A DNA stretch of 64,000 nt from Rhopilema esculentum. Its lineage: Eukaryota. The notes under the pieces are model-generated. The model saw only the letters and a list, made by a program, of their open reading frames with translations, searched no databases and had not been told where the DNA came from. This document shows positions 1 through 12,369 of this stretch, in pieces. The stretch is taken from the NCBI RefSeq assembly GCF_013076305.1, contig NW_027019317.1, forward strand, positions 14,431,651-14,495,650, written 5' to 3'. The translations under genes were made by a program, and so were the position numbers. Position 1 is the first letter of the stretch. Each line of letters starts with the position of its first letter.

Positions 1-1881
1 TTGGTCTAATGGGAAATAACATTTAAGAGGTATTTGTGACAGAGCTGATGCCAATGGGGAGCTTTGGGGGACATGTCACCCTCCTATAAAGCTGTTTGTC
101 CGAAAATCTGAATGCTTGTGGTTAAATTTCAATACAAGCCCTAAGTCACATTTAACAATCAATTATTTTATGTTGCATTGGCTTAAAACTGAGTCCTCGT
201 GTAGCAATTTAATGGCCCTTTGTTGGGCAAAACTTTAGGATTCCTTTTGCAAGAAACTCCGGGATTTTTCTGGTTGATCATGGAAGCCTTTACAGTGGGC
301 TGCATGAAGCAAATGGCAAAAATGATAATCAAGATGTATATTCAGAATTTTACTATATGTTGAAGATGTCTTTGCCACTAGAGCACACGTTACACGAGAA
401 AGTGCTGCAGAGATTTTAAATATAGGCCCATGTCAACCTGGCAAAATGAACACTGATCTAAAAACAAATGACAAGCAAAGGTTTCCCTTCTTTGATTCTG
501 GATAGAATCTGCACAGAAATAGACCAAAGGTTTCAACATTTTGATGGGAATTTGTCAAAATTTGAACATCTACCCCCCAACAGAATTCTTGATGAATGAG
601 CAAGGTCTCATAAAGAAGCGCATTCTAAAAGCTACTAGAGGATTTGTCAAATCTGATGAACCTGTGTCTTTGCAGAAACACTGAAATCGAAGTTTGCAGC
701 CATGAAAAAGAGAAGAAGATTATTGATTGAAAACACCTGACTTTTTGGCATTATTGTGCCATGGAGCCTGTTTTTTCCATGCTATCAGGCTGCGTTGATA
801 ATGTTGTTTAACATTTTTTAAGTTGTAACATTTTGAATTTTACTTAAAATTGCTTTCTTTACAGCAAAAAGGCAACTACGCCATGAGGAAATCTATCTGC
901 ATCTCAAATATAGCAAATTCGGTTGCACAGTGAGCCACCAGACCTGTCCTAGCAAAAGGGATCTGACAAATAGATGTGCATGGGTGGTATTCTATCATTG
1001 AAGAAGATACTGTATGTCATCAGAAATACTATGCTGTCTGCCCCCTGACACCCTATTGCTGGTATGGGCCCTGATTGGTGATGACGTAAGACAATTAAAA
1101 TACCGCAAAAATAGCAAACTTGTTGAACAGGATAAAAAAGGTAAACTTTCTAAATAAGCAGAGCTTTGTCTTACCAATTTTTCCATTTTCAAGAACTCTG
1201 ATGATATCAAAATTGAAATAACATTTGAAGGCTCTAAAATATGAAACATGTTATCAAAATAAAGAAAATACCTAACCACTTTCATATTTGGATGTGCAAA
1301 AATATGTCATACTCAGATACTTAAATTAAGAAGGAGTTTTGTCTTTACAGCTAATGAATAGTTAAAGGACTCTAAGCACATATTAGTAGTCACAGGAGTA
1401 AACTGAATATGATATCAATTAGGATTCCATTAAATATTGTCTATACCAATCTTTATCCTTAAAAAATCACTATATAAAAAACCTATACTAGCATGATGTG
1501 CATGAATGCATATGATTTCCTTCAAACAAACAATTCAAGTGTCTACTTTTAGATACAGATACTTTATAGTATCTTGTTTTGAATTAATCCTTACATCACA
1601 GAACTGCCCATACATTAAAATCAAGGGCTTAAAATTATTATGTGAAAACAAACAAATGACAGCTGATTGTGTAAACTTGTAAGAAGGAAGACAAGATTGA
1701 TGTATAACATGGTATGATGTGAAAGTTGCAACACTGAAAATGAAGCTAGCCGGCAGAAAAGTGATACATAGAGATGTATTGACCTAACTTAAAAACTGAC
1801 ATTTGAATTTAAAGATAGAGATTCTATCACGTTACATGGATTTGAAATGAATAAAGATGAATGCCATAGAATATATTACCA

Positions 1882-2066
1882 AGTTTGGGTTTATCCTCCA
1901 CAGAAACACTCTCTTGTTTTACATACCGCATTAACCAATCAAAAATATACACATCACAGTGAACAGAAATATCAACATCTTCCCACTTGTCAGTTTCATT
2001 TGACAGATAATCAGCAAAATATTTCATTTCATTAATCAACAATTCCTTTTGGCATACAAAATCTTG
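1882..2066 (-). CDS. Exon-like ORF with good splice signals, product unidentified (possibly BTB-like)
   Basis: The acceptor is tgttttttcAG| and the donor is G|GTAATA. The translation is KQDFVCQKELLINEMKYFADYLSNETDKWEDVDISVHCDVYIFDWLMRYVKQESVSVEDKPKL. No confident family assignment can be made from memory. Confidence 0.3.
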
Positions 2067-2227
2067 TTTTACTGAAAAAACAAATAAGAGAAACTGAAAA
2101 AGGAAACGTGGAAGACAGGTTAATGTAAAGGTATCTTTAGAAGAACTCTTACTAACATCAGCCAAGAAACAAAAATGAAATATTGCATACTATATCACTG
2201 CTGGAAAATTTGTTATGTTCAGGTTAG

Positions 2228-3300
2228 GGCTGTCCAAACCTTCAGATATTCCTATTTGGTTATTCGGCTTATAATTTAACGAATATTCGGTTATTCGGCG
2301 AATATGGGTGTGGCAAAATGGGTGTGGCAGGGTGGTGGTAAAAAACTGCAATCTGAAAATTTATTGTAATTTAACCAAGCTGTGAATATAGCTTATCAGT
2401 CATTACTATTCGATAAGTTAGAACCATTAATTTTTTGTTTTCCTATTGATATTTCCTGTGTTTTACGTAACTTCAAAGGGTGTGCTACAAAGCAATTTTT
2501 AAAACGATTTTTTGTCAAAAATAAATGTTTTCTTGAACCTTCCCTAGCATTAGTCACCCCTAATGGCCAGAAAGTCAGTATCAAATTGACGAGAAACTAT
2601 AGTCGTAAGTCTTCAAAAAGGGTCGTTTTCCAACATTTTGTGAAATGAAAAGCTTTCTAGCACGGGCTTCGACACAGGTTGGGAAGTGGAGAAAGGGGGG
2701 GCAAGAGACAATTTAACACTCACAACAGAAGATTTTGTGAAAAGTTATATTATTCTGCAAAATAGTGATACGGCCAAAGCCCCCCGGCCACCCTTCGTCT
2801 GAGGCCCTGAAAAAGCCCCATGACCCCCACCTGCAACCCCGTCTCCACTCCCCCTGCCCCCTCCAATCTTGCTTTATTCGCTTTGTAACTATTTCTTGGG
2901 TTTGCGATTTTTGAAGAAGGCCCGTATCCATGAAACTTTCTCGAAGATTGAAGATAGGAAGTTGCCTTTCCCTTTTAGAGCAATCCTTGCTATTCGACCA
3001 GTTAATGCTATTTGATCAGTCACGGTTATTCGAATAGTCACAGCTATTCGATCATTCACGGTTATTCGAATAGTCACAGCTATTCGATCAGTCACGGTTA
3101 TTCAAACAACCATTGTGGACCTCCAACAGTGAGGTTATTCGCACTATTCGTCTCCAACCGAATAATCGTACTATTCGAACTATTCGTTTGTAACCGAATA
3201 ATCGTACTATTCGAACTATTCGCTTGTAACCGAATATTTGCTTTGGACTTCAGCTAACCGAAAAGTGAAACATGTAACCGAATACCGATTATTCGACCTT
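2228..3300. repeat. TTATTCG/CGAATAA satellite arrays flanking about 690 bp; possible foldback-type element
   Basis: The arrays at 2228-2300 and 2985-3300 are built from about 30-36-bp units containing ttattcg, attcgaa and cgaataatcg. The right array is partly the reverse complement of the left (attcggtta on both arms). Confidence 0.5.
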
Positions 3301-4275
3301 CGGTGGACAGGCCTAGTTCAGGTAGAAATTCTGCTTAGAATAAAGTTTTTGCTTGTGTTACAAGCCCTAATGTGATTATGATTATGATGTCTTAGGAAAG
3401 ACACAAATGGACTAAGTAATATAGAAGTGTGATTCTCATCTCATATCAGGATTTGCAGAAAAAAGCATTGTATGAACAAGTTTTTAAAAGAGTTACCATT
3501 TTTAGCTTCATCACAAACATGAATTACAATACTGGATCTAAAAATAAAAGAATTCCAATTATACAAAAAATTCAAAGCTGGTTTTCCAATGACAATCAGG
3601 CATTGCAAGGAGCAGAACAGCACATCTTTGACAATCTTAACACCTTTGCATTTCTAGGCAATCAGTTGAGCACCTAAGAAAATCTATGACGAGGTTACCT
3701 ATATCGTGAGTCAGTGAGTTGTGAGTCATGAATCACGAGTTATGATCAGTGATACATTATATATATACCTCTATAGCAAGGCTAAATGAATAAACTGGAT
3801 ACACATGGATGATGATATCCTGTTCTTTTCTATACAACGCTATGATACAATGGTACATCTTTGCTGGCATCATCCCTGGACGCAGGGGTGTGGGGGCACC
3901 CAGGACAGGTATATAGGAGCATACTGAACATATGCCCCAAAATGCTCTCAGAGTTGAGCAAAGACTCAGAATTATGAAAGACAACATTTATATATGTTTC
4001 TACATGTTATATATAGTAGTATAGTATATCTATACGGACACAGGCACCTTTCTAGTTGGACACACTAACAACAAACTGGATCCCAGATCTCCTAACGACA
4101 CAAGATTATGTGAGAGGGCCAAGTTTGATGTGGTTGAGGTTGGTTTTACACTGCTTTTTCTCAGTTTTTGACAAGCTGTGCTTGTCCTATTTTTATGGTT
4201 TCAAACAAACATTCAAATTTGAATGTCATATTTTCATTCTGCATAGGAAATTGTCTTCGGAGTTTAATCGACTCA

Positions 4276-4335
4276 TTGCAACACATTACAACTCATTGCA
4301 ACTCATTGCAACTCATTGCCACTCATGATTCATTG
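4276..4335. repeat. 9-bp microsatellite (AACTCATTGC) x about 5
   Basis: Seen directly in the sequence. Confidence 0.9.
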
Positions 4336-5189
4336 ACTCATTGGCTCAAACGCTAGTAAATATAATCAATGACTCAATTTACAGCTTACTATAAATTCTA
4401 ATTAGTCAACAACAGTTCAAAAATTGTGGTTTGTCATCATTAAATGTCTGTTTGCTATTCCATAAAGAGCGTCAAATTTATTACAAAATATCTTCAAATC
4501 TGACAAATAACAAAATAAGATTTTTTAATTGACTTATTTATACAGCATAAATGCACAAGGCTAGATTGACAGAGCTCCTAGAACTTTCTAGGGCCATGGG
4601 GGGCATTATGTCACTACCTGGAAAAAGGCACGTGTCTCTTGCTAATGAATTTCTTTACCACGCTAAAATTTCAAGTGGAACTTGAAAATCAAATAAATAG
4701 TTCATTTAGTCATTCTAGAATTTTTTTATATAAATACTGGTCAAGAATACCTGACATGCACTCAGGCAGCCCTTCCATGTGAATAACATGACACAAGAAA
4801 TAGATTTTTTGAGTAAATCAAGCTGACCAATAAATTAGGCAAAATTAAAGTTGAATCTCACTTTCCAGATAATCCTTTGGCCTCTTTGCCTTTCGTGCTT
4901 GGCCATTCTTCAAAGTAACTTTGCTAAGAACAAAAAAAAGTTTAATCACAGATTTTAGGTGCACACCTTTAATAAATCATTCAATGAAACATTTTTATAT
5001 AATATAAAAATCTTTTACAATACATGCTTACATCTACATCTGACTATACTACCTAATTACTTTACAAAGTGTACAACACTCCAGGGACAAGACCATAGGA
5101 GCAAAAGCCAATGACTACCCTGTGGCCATTAACTTAAACAAATATACAATAGGTAACAGCTAAATGAAACAATTACAGACACTTACAAA

Positions 5190-5480
5190 TACTATTAGTC
5201 ATTGATACCATAGTCATTATCCATCATTATGCAAGTACCATAGTCATTATTCATCATTATTACCATAGTCATTATCCATCATTATGCAAGTACCATCATC
5301 ATTATGCATCATTATGCAAGCACCATAGTCATTTTTCATCATTATTACCATAGTCATTATGTATCATTATGCAAGGACCATAGTCATTATGTATCATTAT
5401 GCAAGTACCATCATCATTATGCATCATTATGCAAGAACCATCATCATTATGCATCATTATGCAAGTACCATCATTATGCT
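5190..5480. repeat. About 30-bp minisatellite (ACCATAGTCATTATCCATCATTATGCAAGT variants), about 9 copies
   Basis: Seen directly in the sequence. Confidence 0.9.
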
Positions 5481-8264
5481 TTTGTAGAAATAGGGCAAAA
5501 TACAAAATAGCACTCGGTCACACTCTTTTACCAGTCTAGGGGTGCAATATGCCCAACTTGTGCCAACCTATTCCTGGTAAAGCTTGCATTTGAAGCATCT
5601 ATGGAGCATCAATCTTTACATGCATTTGAAGCACTTCTAAATTGACTTAATCTTTTTCCCCATTTGCAATACTTTGGACCACAAGAGCCTTTGAAATTCT
5701 CACACAATAAAGCTTGTCCTATAGAACAAGCACCAAAAAGCTTGTCCCATAGAACAAGCACCACTATTTGACATGGCAGTTACATAAGAGACAAAAAAGG
5801 CTTTATTTAACATCAAACTAAAGTAAAATGTTTCAGCATTAAAATGTCAAAGTTCATTCAAACACAGAAACTTTGCTTTTTGAGAGAGCTAAAAAGCCAA
5901 TTTAAGGCCAGTAACTACCAAAATACATCGTTGCACATATGACTTGTCAAATGGTGTAGAAATATTTGCATTTGAATAAAATGATGTCCAAAAAACTTCA
6001 GGCAAATGAACTTGCTTAAGGCATTTTTAGGCAGCTAGAACTGTTTTCTTCAGTGTCTGACCAATAATTTTATCGTTTCCTAACTCCTAAAAATGTAAAC
6101 AATTTATAACATATACATATGTAATTTTTTAGTTGCTCTCAAGAGCCATTAGTCAATCAACTTGATTTTTTGTTTATGGATTTATGAAGGAAACGTTAAA
6201 TTCAAAAAAGCTGGGCAAAGGTTTTCTTTATTAAAAGTGAATATTACAGTTTGTTCAATTTTTTATATTACTTGTTTTTATTATTTTCATGGCTCTAAAA
6301 TGATGATTTCATGCACAACTTGCTCTTTGTTGAAATTACAGTTGTCAGTAAAATTGGAATTACATTAATTTTCTAAAAACGAACTTACCTCCATGCTGTC
6401 TGCAACGTTTTCAGAATTTGAAGAAGGGTTCTGTTTAGTATAGATAGGACTGCAAAAAAAATCACATCACAACTGGCTTGACAAAAAACTTTTTGGTATA
6501 GGAATGCCTAGAAAAGTACAGCTTTAAAAAAGCCGAAAAATGTTTCAATTGGCTTAAAGATTTGAAACATGAAAACAATGCAGCAAATGCTACTCACACT
6601 TTTGACACTGAGAGTAAACTGTCCTGGTACCTTGTCCCCTTTCCAGCCATTTTAAAATAAAAATCGACTGATAGAAGAATAACTAGGCTAATAAAACTCC
6701 ATGACATTGACCAAGTATTTCTTGACTTGTTACATTAAACACGCCGAGCCAAATAGGACTCCCTGCTTAAATATTAATGAACCTGCGAGCAATGGTTGTT
6801 TTGTTTTGAAAAAGCCGAGTTCAAGAAGGCGATTGGATTATTGGTCTTGCTTCTAATGAGCCACCATATGTAAATTCTTTAGAATAACGAATTGAGGGAA
6901 GCATGGAGCGAGAATTGCAAAGGAACAGAATGGAAGTCTATGCATTTTTAATGCGCCAAATTATGTTAGAACTGGTGGTAGGAAATAATTTCTACAACGA
7001 CCTGTCTCACATGAAAGCCACATATGAATGCAAGATTTATTTTTTGCTCAAATTCTTCAAGTTCTGTGACTGAGTGTGTCTGGAATTCTGATTTTATCTC
7101 TCCGCATTCAATGATAATTTATCGGTGTTAACCGCCGCCATCAATCCGTATTCAAAAACTGCATTTTCAAAAGCAAAATATTCTGATCTTACCAGCAGCT
7201 ATTTCCTCCAAGTTATCGCCATTACAAACGCATTTCACAATCCAAATTAATCCCAATGCAAGCCAATCTGCTCAAAAATCTTTTCTTCAACGCCATTTGT
7301 AACAAATTTGGTTGAATCTGTGTTTTTAGTTGTTGCTGCTGTACACCAATGGTTTGATCGAAAGAGAGACTCCCAGGAAAAGGGCGGGCTTCGTTTCCTC
7401 TGAAGGTACTGATAGGGGGACTGTAAGGAGCCAGGAGGGAGGAACCAGGTACGCCTGCACAAGATTAAAGCAGGAGGGGCAGTGTTGGTTCTAAGAGCAA
7501 ATAGAAGAACTATTTTCACTGCCATAAAGCAGTACTTGCGAGGGAGGAGAAGGAGGCAGTGGCGAAGCTAACCAAGAACAGGTGGTGCTGCGGAAATGGG
7601 GTGAAGCCACGCCCTAACGACCATCGGAAAAGGGGGAAACGCCCTTCTAGATATGTTGAGATCAAGATTGCAGCGAAACATTTTCCACTGCTACATTTTG
7701 GAAAAAAGGGGATGAAGGCTCGGATCCTTTCAAGTTCCTCCTGCCTTACATTGAAGAAGTCAAAAGAGCATCACAAAAATTCTTTCTAAATTGAGTAACA
7801 TTTGAAAGTGTTTTCATTGATTGAAAATTTTGAAATCATTAACTAAAAAGAAATTGCTTGTGCAGATAGGCATATACAGTTGTAATACATACTGGAAACA
7901 TAATTGATTCAAATTATTTAAAAAAAGTAAAAATATTTGTCACAACATGGATATGTCTGATGCACGGTAGATAGGGTCTTGAATCGATTTGCTTTGAATA
8001 TCAGAGGAGATCCCCGACATTTTGCCAGTACAATACAATCTGATTCACCGAGTACAAAAACTTCTAGTAATTACTATTGTTTTCCTGTTTAAGGCAGGAG
8101 GACGAACTGCTGAAATTAAATTTAAGCAAGCCCTTTTTCTGTCATGCACACTCCATCTCCCCTCGATCTCGACTTTCCTGGTACAAAAAAAACGAAGATT
8201 CTCTCTCGGCAGCGGCGGCAAACTTCGTCTACTCTTTATAATAAGTCTTTGAATATGACTTCCT

Positions 8265-9279
8265 CAGTGGCGATTCTAGCCTTAAAAGTCTGGGAGGGGG
8301 CCAAACTTTCAGTTATAGAAGCCAACACTAGTTATTACTTTGGAAACTAGTAGAATGTAAAACAGTGGCGTGGTGGCTCAAAATTAGCTAGCTACAAGTC
8401 ACCGGTTCTTAGCTCCCCATAGATAAGTATGTCCTTGGTACAGCTCTATCAAGGCTGTTATCATTATGCCAAATAGTTTTATTTGTGGTGTAAGGAGCAG
8501 CTGTGTCCCCTAGGAAAAATAATAAAGACAAATTGTTGCTGGGGGCCCCTAAAGGTTCGGGACCGTTTGTTATTTGACTAAAAGTAACTTTGTTCTGTTA
8601 CTCCACTGAGTTTTATCTGTTTAACAATCATGCATCATGAACATGGTTTTCAACAGAAGAACTAATTTTCTAAAAAATAAAAGTCTAATAGCTTTGGGAG
8701 GCTGATTGGTAAAATTTTTCCACAGTAGTTATGTCTTATATCCAACCTCCATGAGATCAAGGAAATCATTCTGTTACACAGAACTTCAAGCCATACAATT
8801 TCGATAAGCAATAGTAAATTTGCCAAGGTAGACTGGGATGGTATTGGGCTGACCCTGCGCACCCCACCGCAAGAAGGTGGATCATCGTGATAATTTATAG
8901 CAAATTTAGAATTTAAATTATTGTCAAGAATGAGTTTTTCTTGGTAACTACAGAACTCTTGGTAACTCTTGGTTTTTATTTGGTAACTTATTAGAAAGGA
9001 GCCAGAAGTTCGTAAATGTCCACCTCGGTTACAAACCAAAACGCTTATCGGGGCCCCTAGTTTGTTAAATAAATGCAATAAAGATAGCATTGAGGAAAAT
9101 AAAGAGAGCAACCCTAACAAAGTCAAACAACGATTAAACAGCTTCGGATGAAAACATTGAATTTTTAATAGAGACTTTTGAAAAAACTGGGGAGGCAAAA
9201 CAAGGGGCAAAAAAAATTTTTGGGGGGCCGTGCCCCCCTGGCCCCCTGGCCCCCCTGGCCCCCCTTAGAAGCGCCACTG
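8265..9279. mobile_element. Non-autonomous hAT-like DNA transposon (about 1 kb)
   Basis: The TIRs are CAGTGGCGATTCTAG (8265) and CTTAGAAGCGCCACTG (ending 9279). The flanking 8-bp TSDs are GACTTCCT and GACTTTCT, matching at 7 of 8. The subtermini are G/C-rich with CCCCCTGG microrepeats. No transposase ORF is present. Confidence 0.6.
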
Positions 9280-9589
9280 GACTTTCTTTGCTTTCTGCAG
9301 TCTGAGAGAAAACTATATGCATATCAATAGGACCAACAACAAATTTTTACAGTAAACAGGACCAACAGAATGACCCTAAACAATTTGATTTCCATAAGTA
9401 CCACTCGTCTTGAAACGATCGATTCTTGTATAAATCAAGTGACGACAGCGTAGGGCCGAAGCTTCTAGCAGCAAAAACTTCTTCAGCAGCAGAATCATGA
9501 TGTCTTCGTTACAGTTAGTTTTATCCATGATATCAAAATAGTGAAGCCTGACTATGGCCTGAGTGAAAATTCTTTGTCGCAGAAAATCA

Positions 9590-10060
9590 ACAAGTTATAC
9601 CGAAACATAGGGCTCCAAAAGTCTAGGTCCTGCCTTTATGAAAGAGCAGGACCTGAGGTCCTGCCATTTCTGAAGGGCAGGAGGGCCATTATTTTCTTCT
9701 ATTGTAAGGCAGGACCAAAAACAGGGCTACGAAACGTTTGCCCATTGTTGGGCAGGACCAAACATAGGGTTTAGTCCTGCCTACGAGTATTGGGCAAGAC
9801 TGACCACAGGGCTAAATTTTTGGCGATATCAATTTACGAACGGGATACTCGAAATTCCATTTCAGTCACCCTGTGTCTCAAAATTGAAAAAAGGCACAGC
9901 CACGAAGTATAAGACAAGTAGAATAAGACAAGAAATGCCTTTGAATCAGACAAATAGTGATTTCATAAAGTGAATCAATTTTTAATATTTTAAAAATTCT
10001 TATCTGTGGAAATTTGTGGTCCTGCCTCTGAAAGCAGGACCTTTGGCTTCGCCACTGAAA
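9590..10060. repeat. Cluster of short hairpin repeats built on GGTCCTGCC / GGCAGGACC
   Basis: There are at least five inverted pairs, for example gtcctgcctttatgaaagagcaggac, gtcctgccatttctgaagggcaggag and ggtcctgcctctgaaagcaggacc. Confidence 0.6.
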
Positions 10061-11013
10061 GGAGGTACAAAAAATATTAGCATGGATCTGTTCTACCCAT
10101 AGAGCTGGGTTTGTTTACGATCAAAAGCTCTACACATAGGGATAATGTTGACAAAATTCTCCATGCAAGTGGGTATTAAATGGCCTTATCATTATTCGAA
10201 TTGTTTGGGTTCACAAAAATCATGGCAAACATACACGGGCTGGTAAAACTTTGATTGTCCACTAGTGTCAACTCTCAATTCTCCATGTTTGCAGGTTCAT
10301 TTTGCAAATGCAAAAAAAAAATTAATAATCACAAGAAAAAAGGACTATTCTTATATTAAGGCATAACATAAGCGTAACATTCTCGTTCTGACAATGGGCA
10401 CAAAGTCATTATCTCATAAGACGCCGCTGGTTTTTGAAGTTTACCATCGTCTGCTGAGAAAGAATCTTTTTCTATTTGTTTTCAATTTCTAATGGAAATC
10501 AACATAATGAGAGTGACTAAGCTGAACTAGTCATCAACTATCTCAAGATTCTATAATCTTTTTTAGGAGTTCACTGCTTGCCTCTGCCCAGGGGCAGGCT
10601 GGTCGGTCGGGCTACCGGCCAATTGCGGACTTCACGGCGATTTTTCTTAATTTTTGCTATTAAATGTCAACCCGTATTGTTTGGTAGGGGCCCTCTTCTG
10701 TTGCCATAGCACTTAGAAATTCTCACTAGAAATATAAATTCTCACTAGAAATTTGAATTCTCACTTAGAAGCACGCTAGAAATTCTCAAAATTAGTAGAT
10801 GCAGAATGAATAAAAAGATCACTTTGAGGTATTTAAGTACTGGAAAAGCATTTTCCAAAATTTTGGGCCCCAGCATAGAGAATACTGGGCCCAGGGCTCA
10901 CTGTGCCTAATATAATCATGCGATACTTGACTGGAATGTCCAAAATCTGATCATTTTTTTCTTCGGGCCCTCAGTTTAAATGTATTTTTATTTAAATGTA
11001 ATGTGTTCATATA

Positions 11014-11396
11014 CACTCTTTTTTTATAAGAACCAGTAAATTTCAGTTCAGGCTGGCTGTTCTTAATTTTTCTAAAATCTGAGGCTGGATTGTTCTTAAT
11101 TTGTTCTTAAAATAAGAGGGTGTAAGCAGTGCTATTGCTAGCTTTTTCACTCTAAGGAGGTGTTCAGGCTTCATTTGCCAACAAAGTGAGTGAGACAGCC
11201 TTAATTTGCTGACAAATTTAAATATTCACCGAAAAAGCACCCGCACATCGCTAAAAATCCTCGATTTTGAGAAAAAACGTTGTTCAGAATTGTATTTTGA
11301 AGAAACTCAGCCTCAGCTTGTTCTTAATTTGTTCTTAACTTTTGACCAGTTTTGAGGCTCGTGTTCTTATAAAATTGTTCTTACAAAAAAAGAGTG
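11014..11396 (+). mobile_element. Tc1/mariner-type (Stowaway-like) MITE, full-length 383-bp copy
   Basis: The 20-bp TIRs are CACTCTTTTTTTATAAGAAC and GTTCTTACAAAAAAAGAGTG. A flanking TA TSD is present at 11012-13 and 11397-98. The internal motif gttcttaatttgttcttaa recurs. Confidence 0.75.
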
Positions 11397-11959
11397 TAAA
11401 AGGACTGCGTATACCCAACTTGCATCAAAAGAATACTGACCAATCAGAAGCCGTTATTTTGATATACTTGACAAGTTGGGTATACGCAGTCCTTTTATAT
11501 TGACACATTACCTTTGAGCATAAGTCTAGGTGGTAAAGACATAACCGTTTTTGTGACTCAATTTCTAGTAAGTTACAAAATTTTGGCATAATTGCATTGG
11601 CCTGGCCTGAATGTGCTAGTTTTTTATTCCAAGATTTGTTGACGTGGCGAAAACAATGCAAAATAATGAATAAGTTTTTAATGTCTCCCTTAATAAACGG
11701 AACAAGAAAAAGAAGCGAGACCTTAATACAACACGAGAAGAAATGGAACCGTTCAAAACTAGCCCAAATAGACGTTGCTTTTACACGAGAACTGTTGGAA
11801 CCGTTCCATTTGGGACCTGCTATCCACTTTCTTTTGGCTCCGCTACAGAAGTAGTTCCATTTGGAACCGTTCCGTTTGGCTTCCGTGTAAACGGGCAGAA
11901 CCGCTTGAAACCGAACCAATCGAGAACGCTTAGGAGACGAGGGGTGTCATATGCATTTC

Positions 11960-12110
11960 GGTAATCTTATGCATTTCGGTCCGGGCACTCAAATGTGTGA
12001 CAATTTTGGTTGTGCAAAAACGTACCCAATCACTTAAACATTAGGGTACCAAAACGAATAGTGGAGTTTAGCATGCAAAACGGTCCAGGTACACAATTTT
12101 CTGTTTCATA
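11960..12110 (-). repeat. Dispersed repeat, one copy here and two tandem copies inverted at 61840-62095
   Basis: ggttgtgcaaaaacgtacccaatcacttaaacattagggtaccaaaacgaatagtggagtttagcatgcaaaacggtcc is the reverse complement of gtgtacgcggaccgttttgcatgctaaattccaccattcgttttagtgcccgattgtttaagtgcttgggtacatttttgcataaccaaaattgcc. Confidence 0.7.
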
Positions 12111-12369
12111 TTGTTCAGAATATGAAGAGCAATCGAACTATTTCTAACAAGGGGGTACTAACAAGAAGCTGTGCTGTGATTTCCCTTGTTAAGTTTATGC
12201 AAAAAGGTACAACATGAATGGCGACTCCAAAGTTTGCTTGATTGACAAGTGTGAAATTTTAACCTCGAAAAGCGTTGTGTTCAGTTTTTCACTCATAACG
12301 TGCTATAACATCGCACTACGATGAAATCACATGATTTGAAACACTGGTATTTGAATATCGATAGGGCAA

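Noticed and set aside
8662-9210. 182-aa minus-strand ORF inside the hAT-like element
   Set aside because: It shows no transposase or other recognisable motifs, and it runs through the repetitive subterminal sequence. It is likely a chance ORF in AT-rich DNA.
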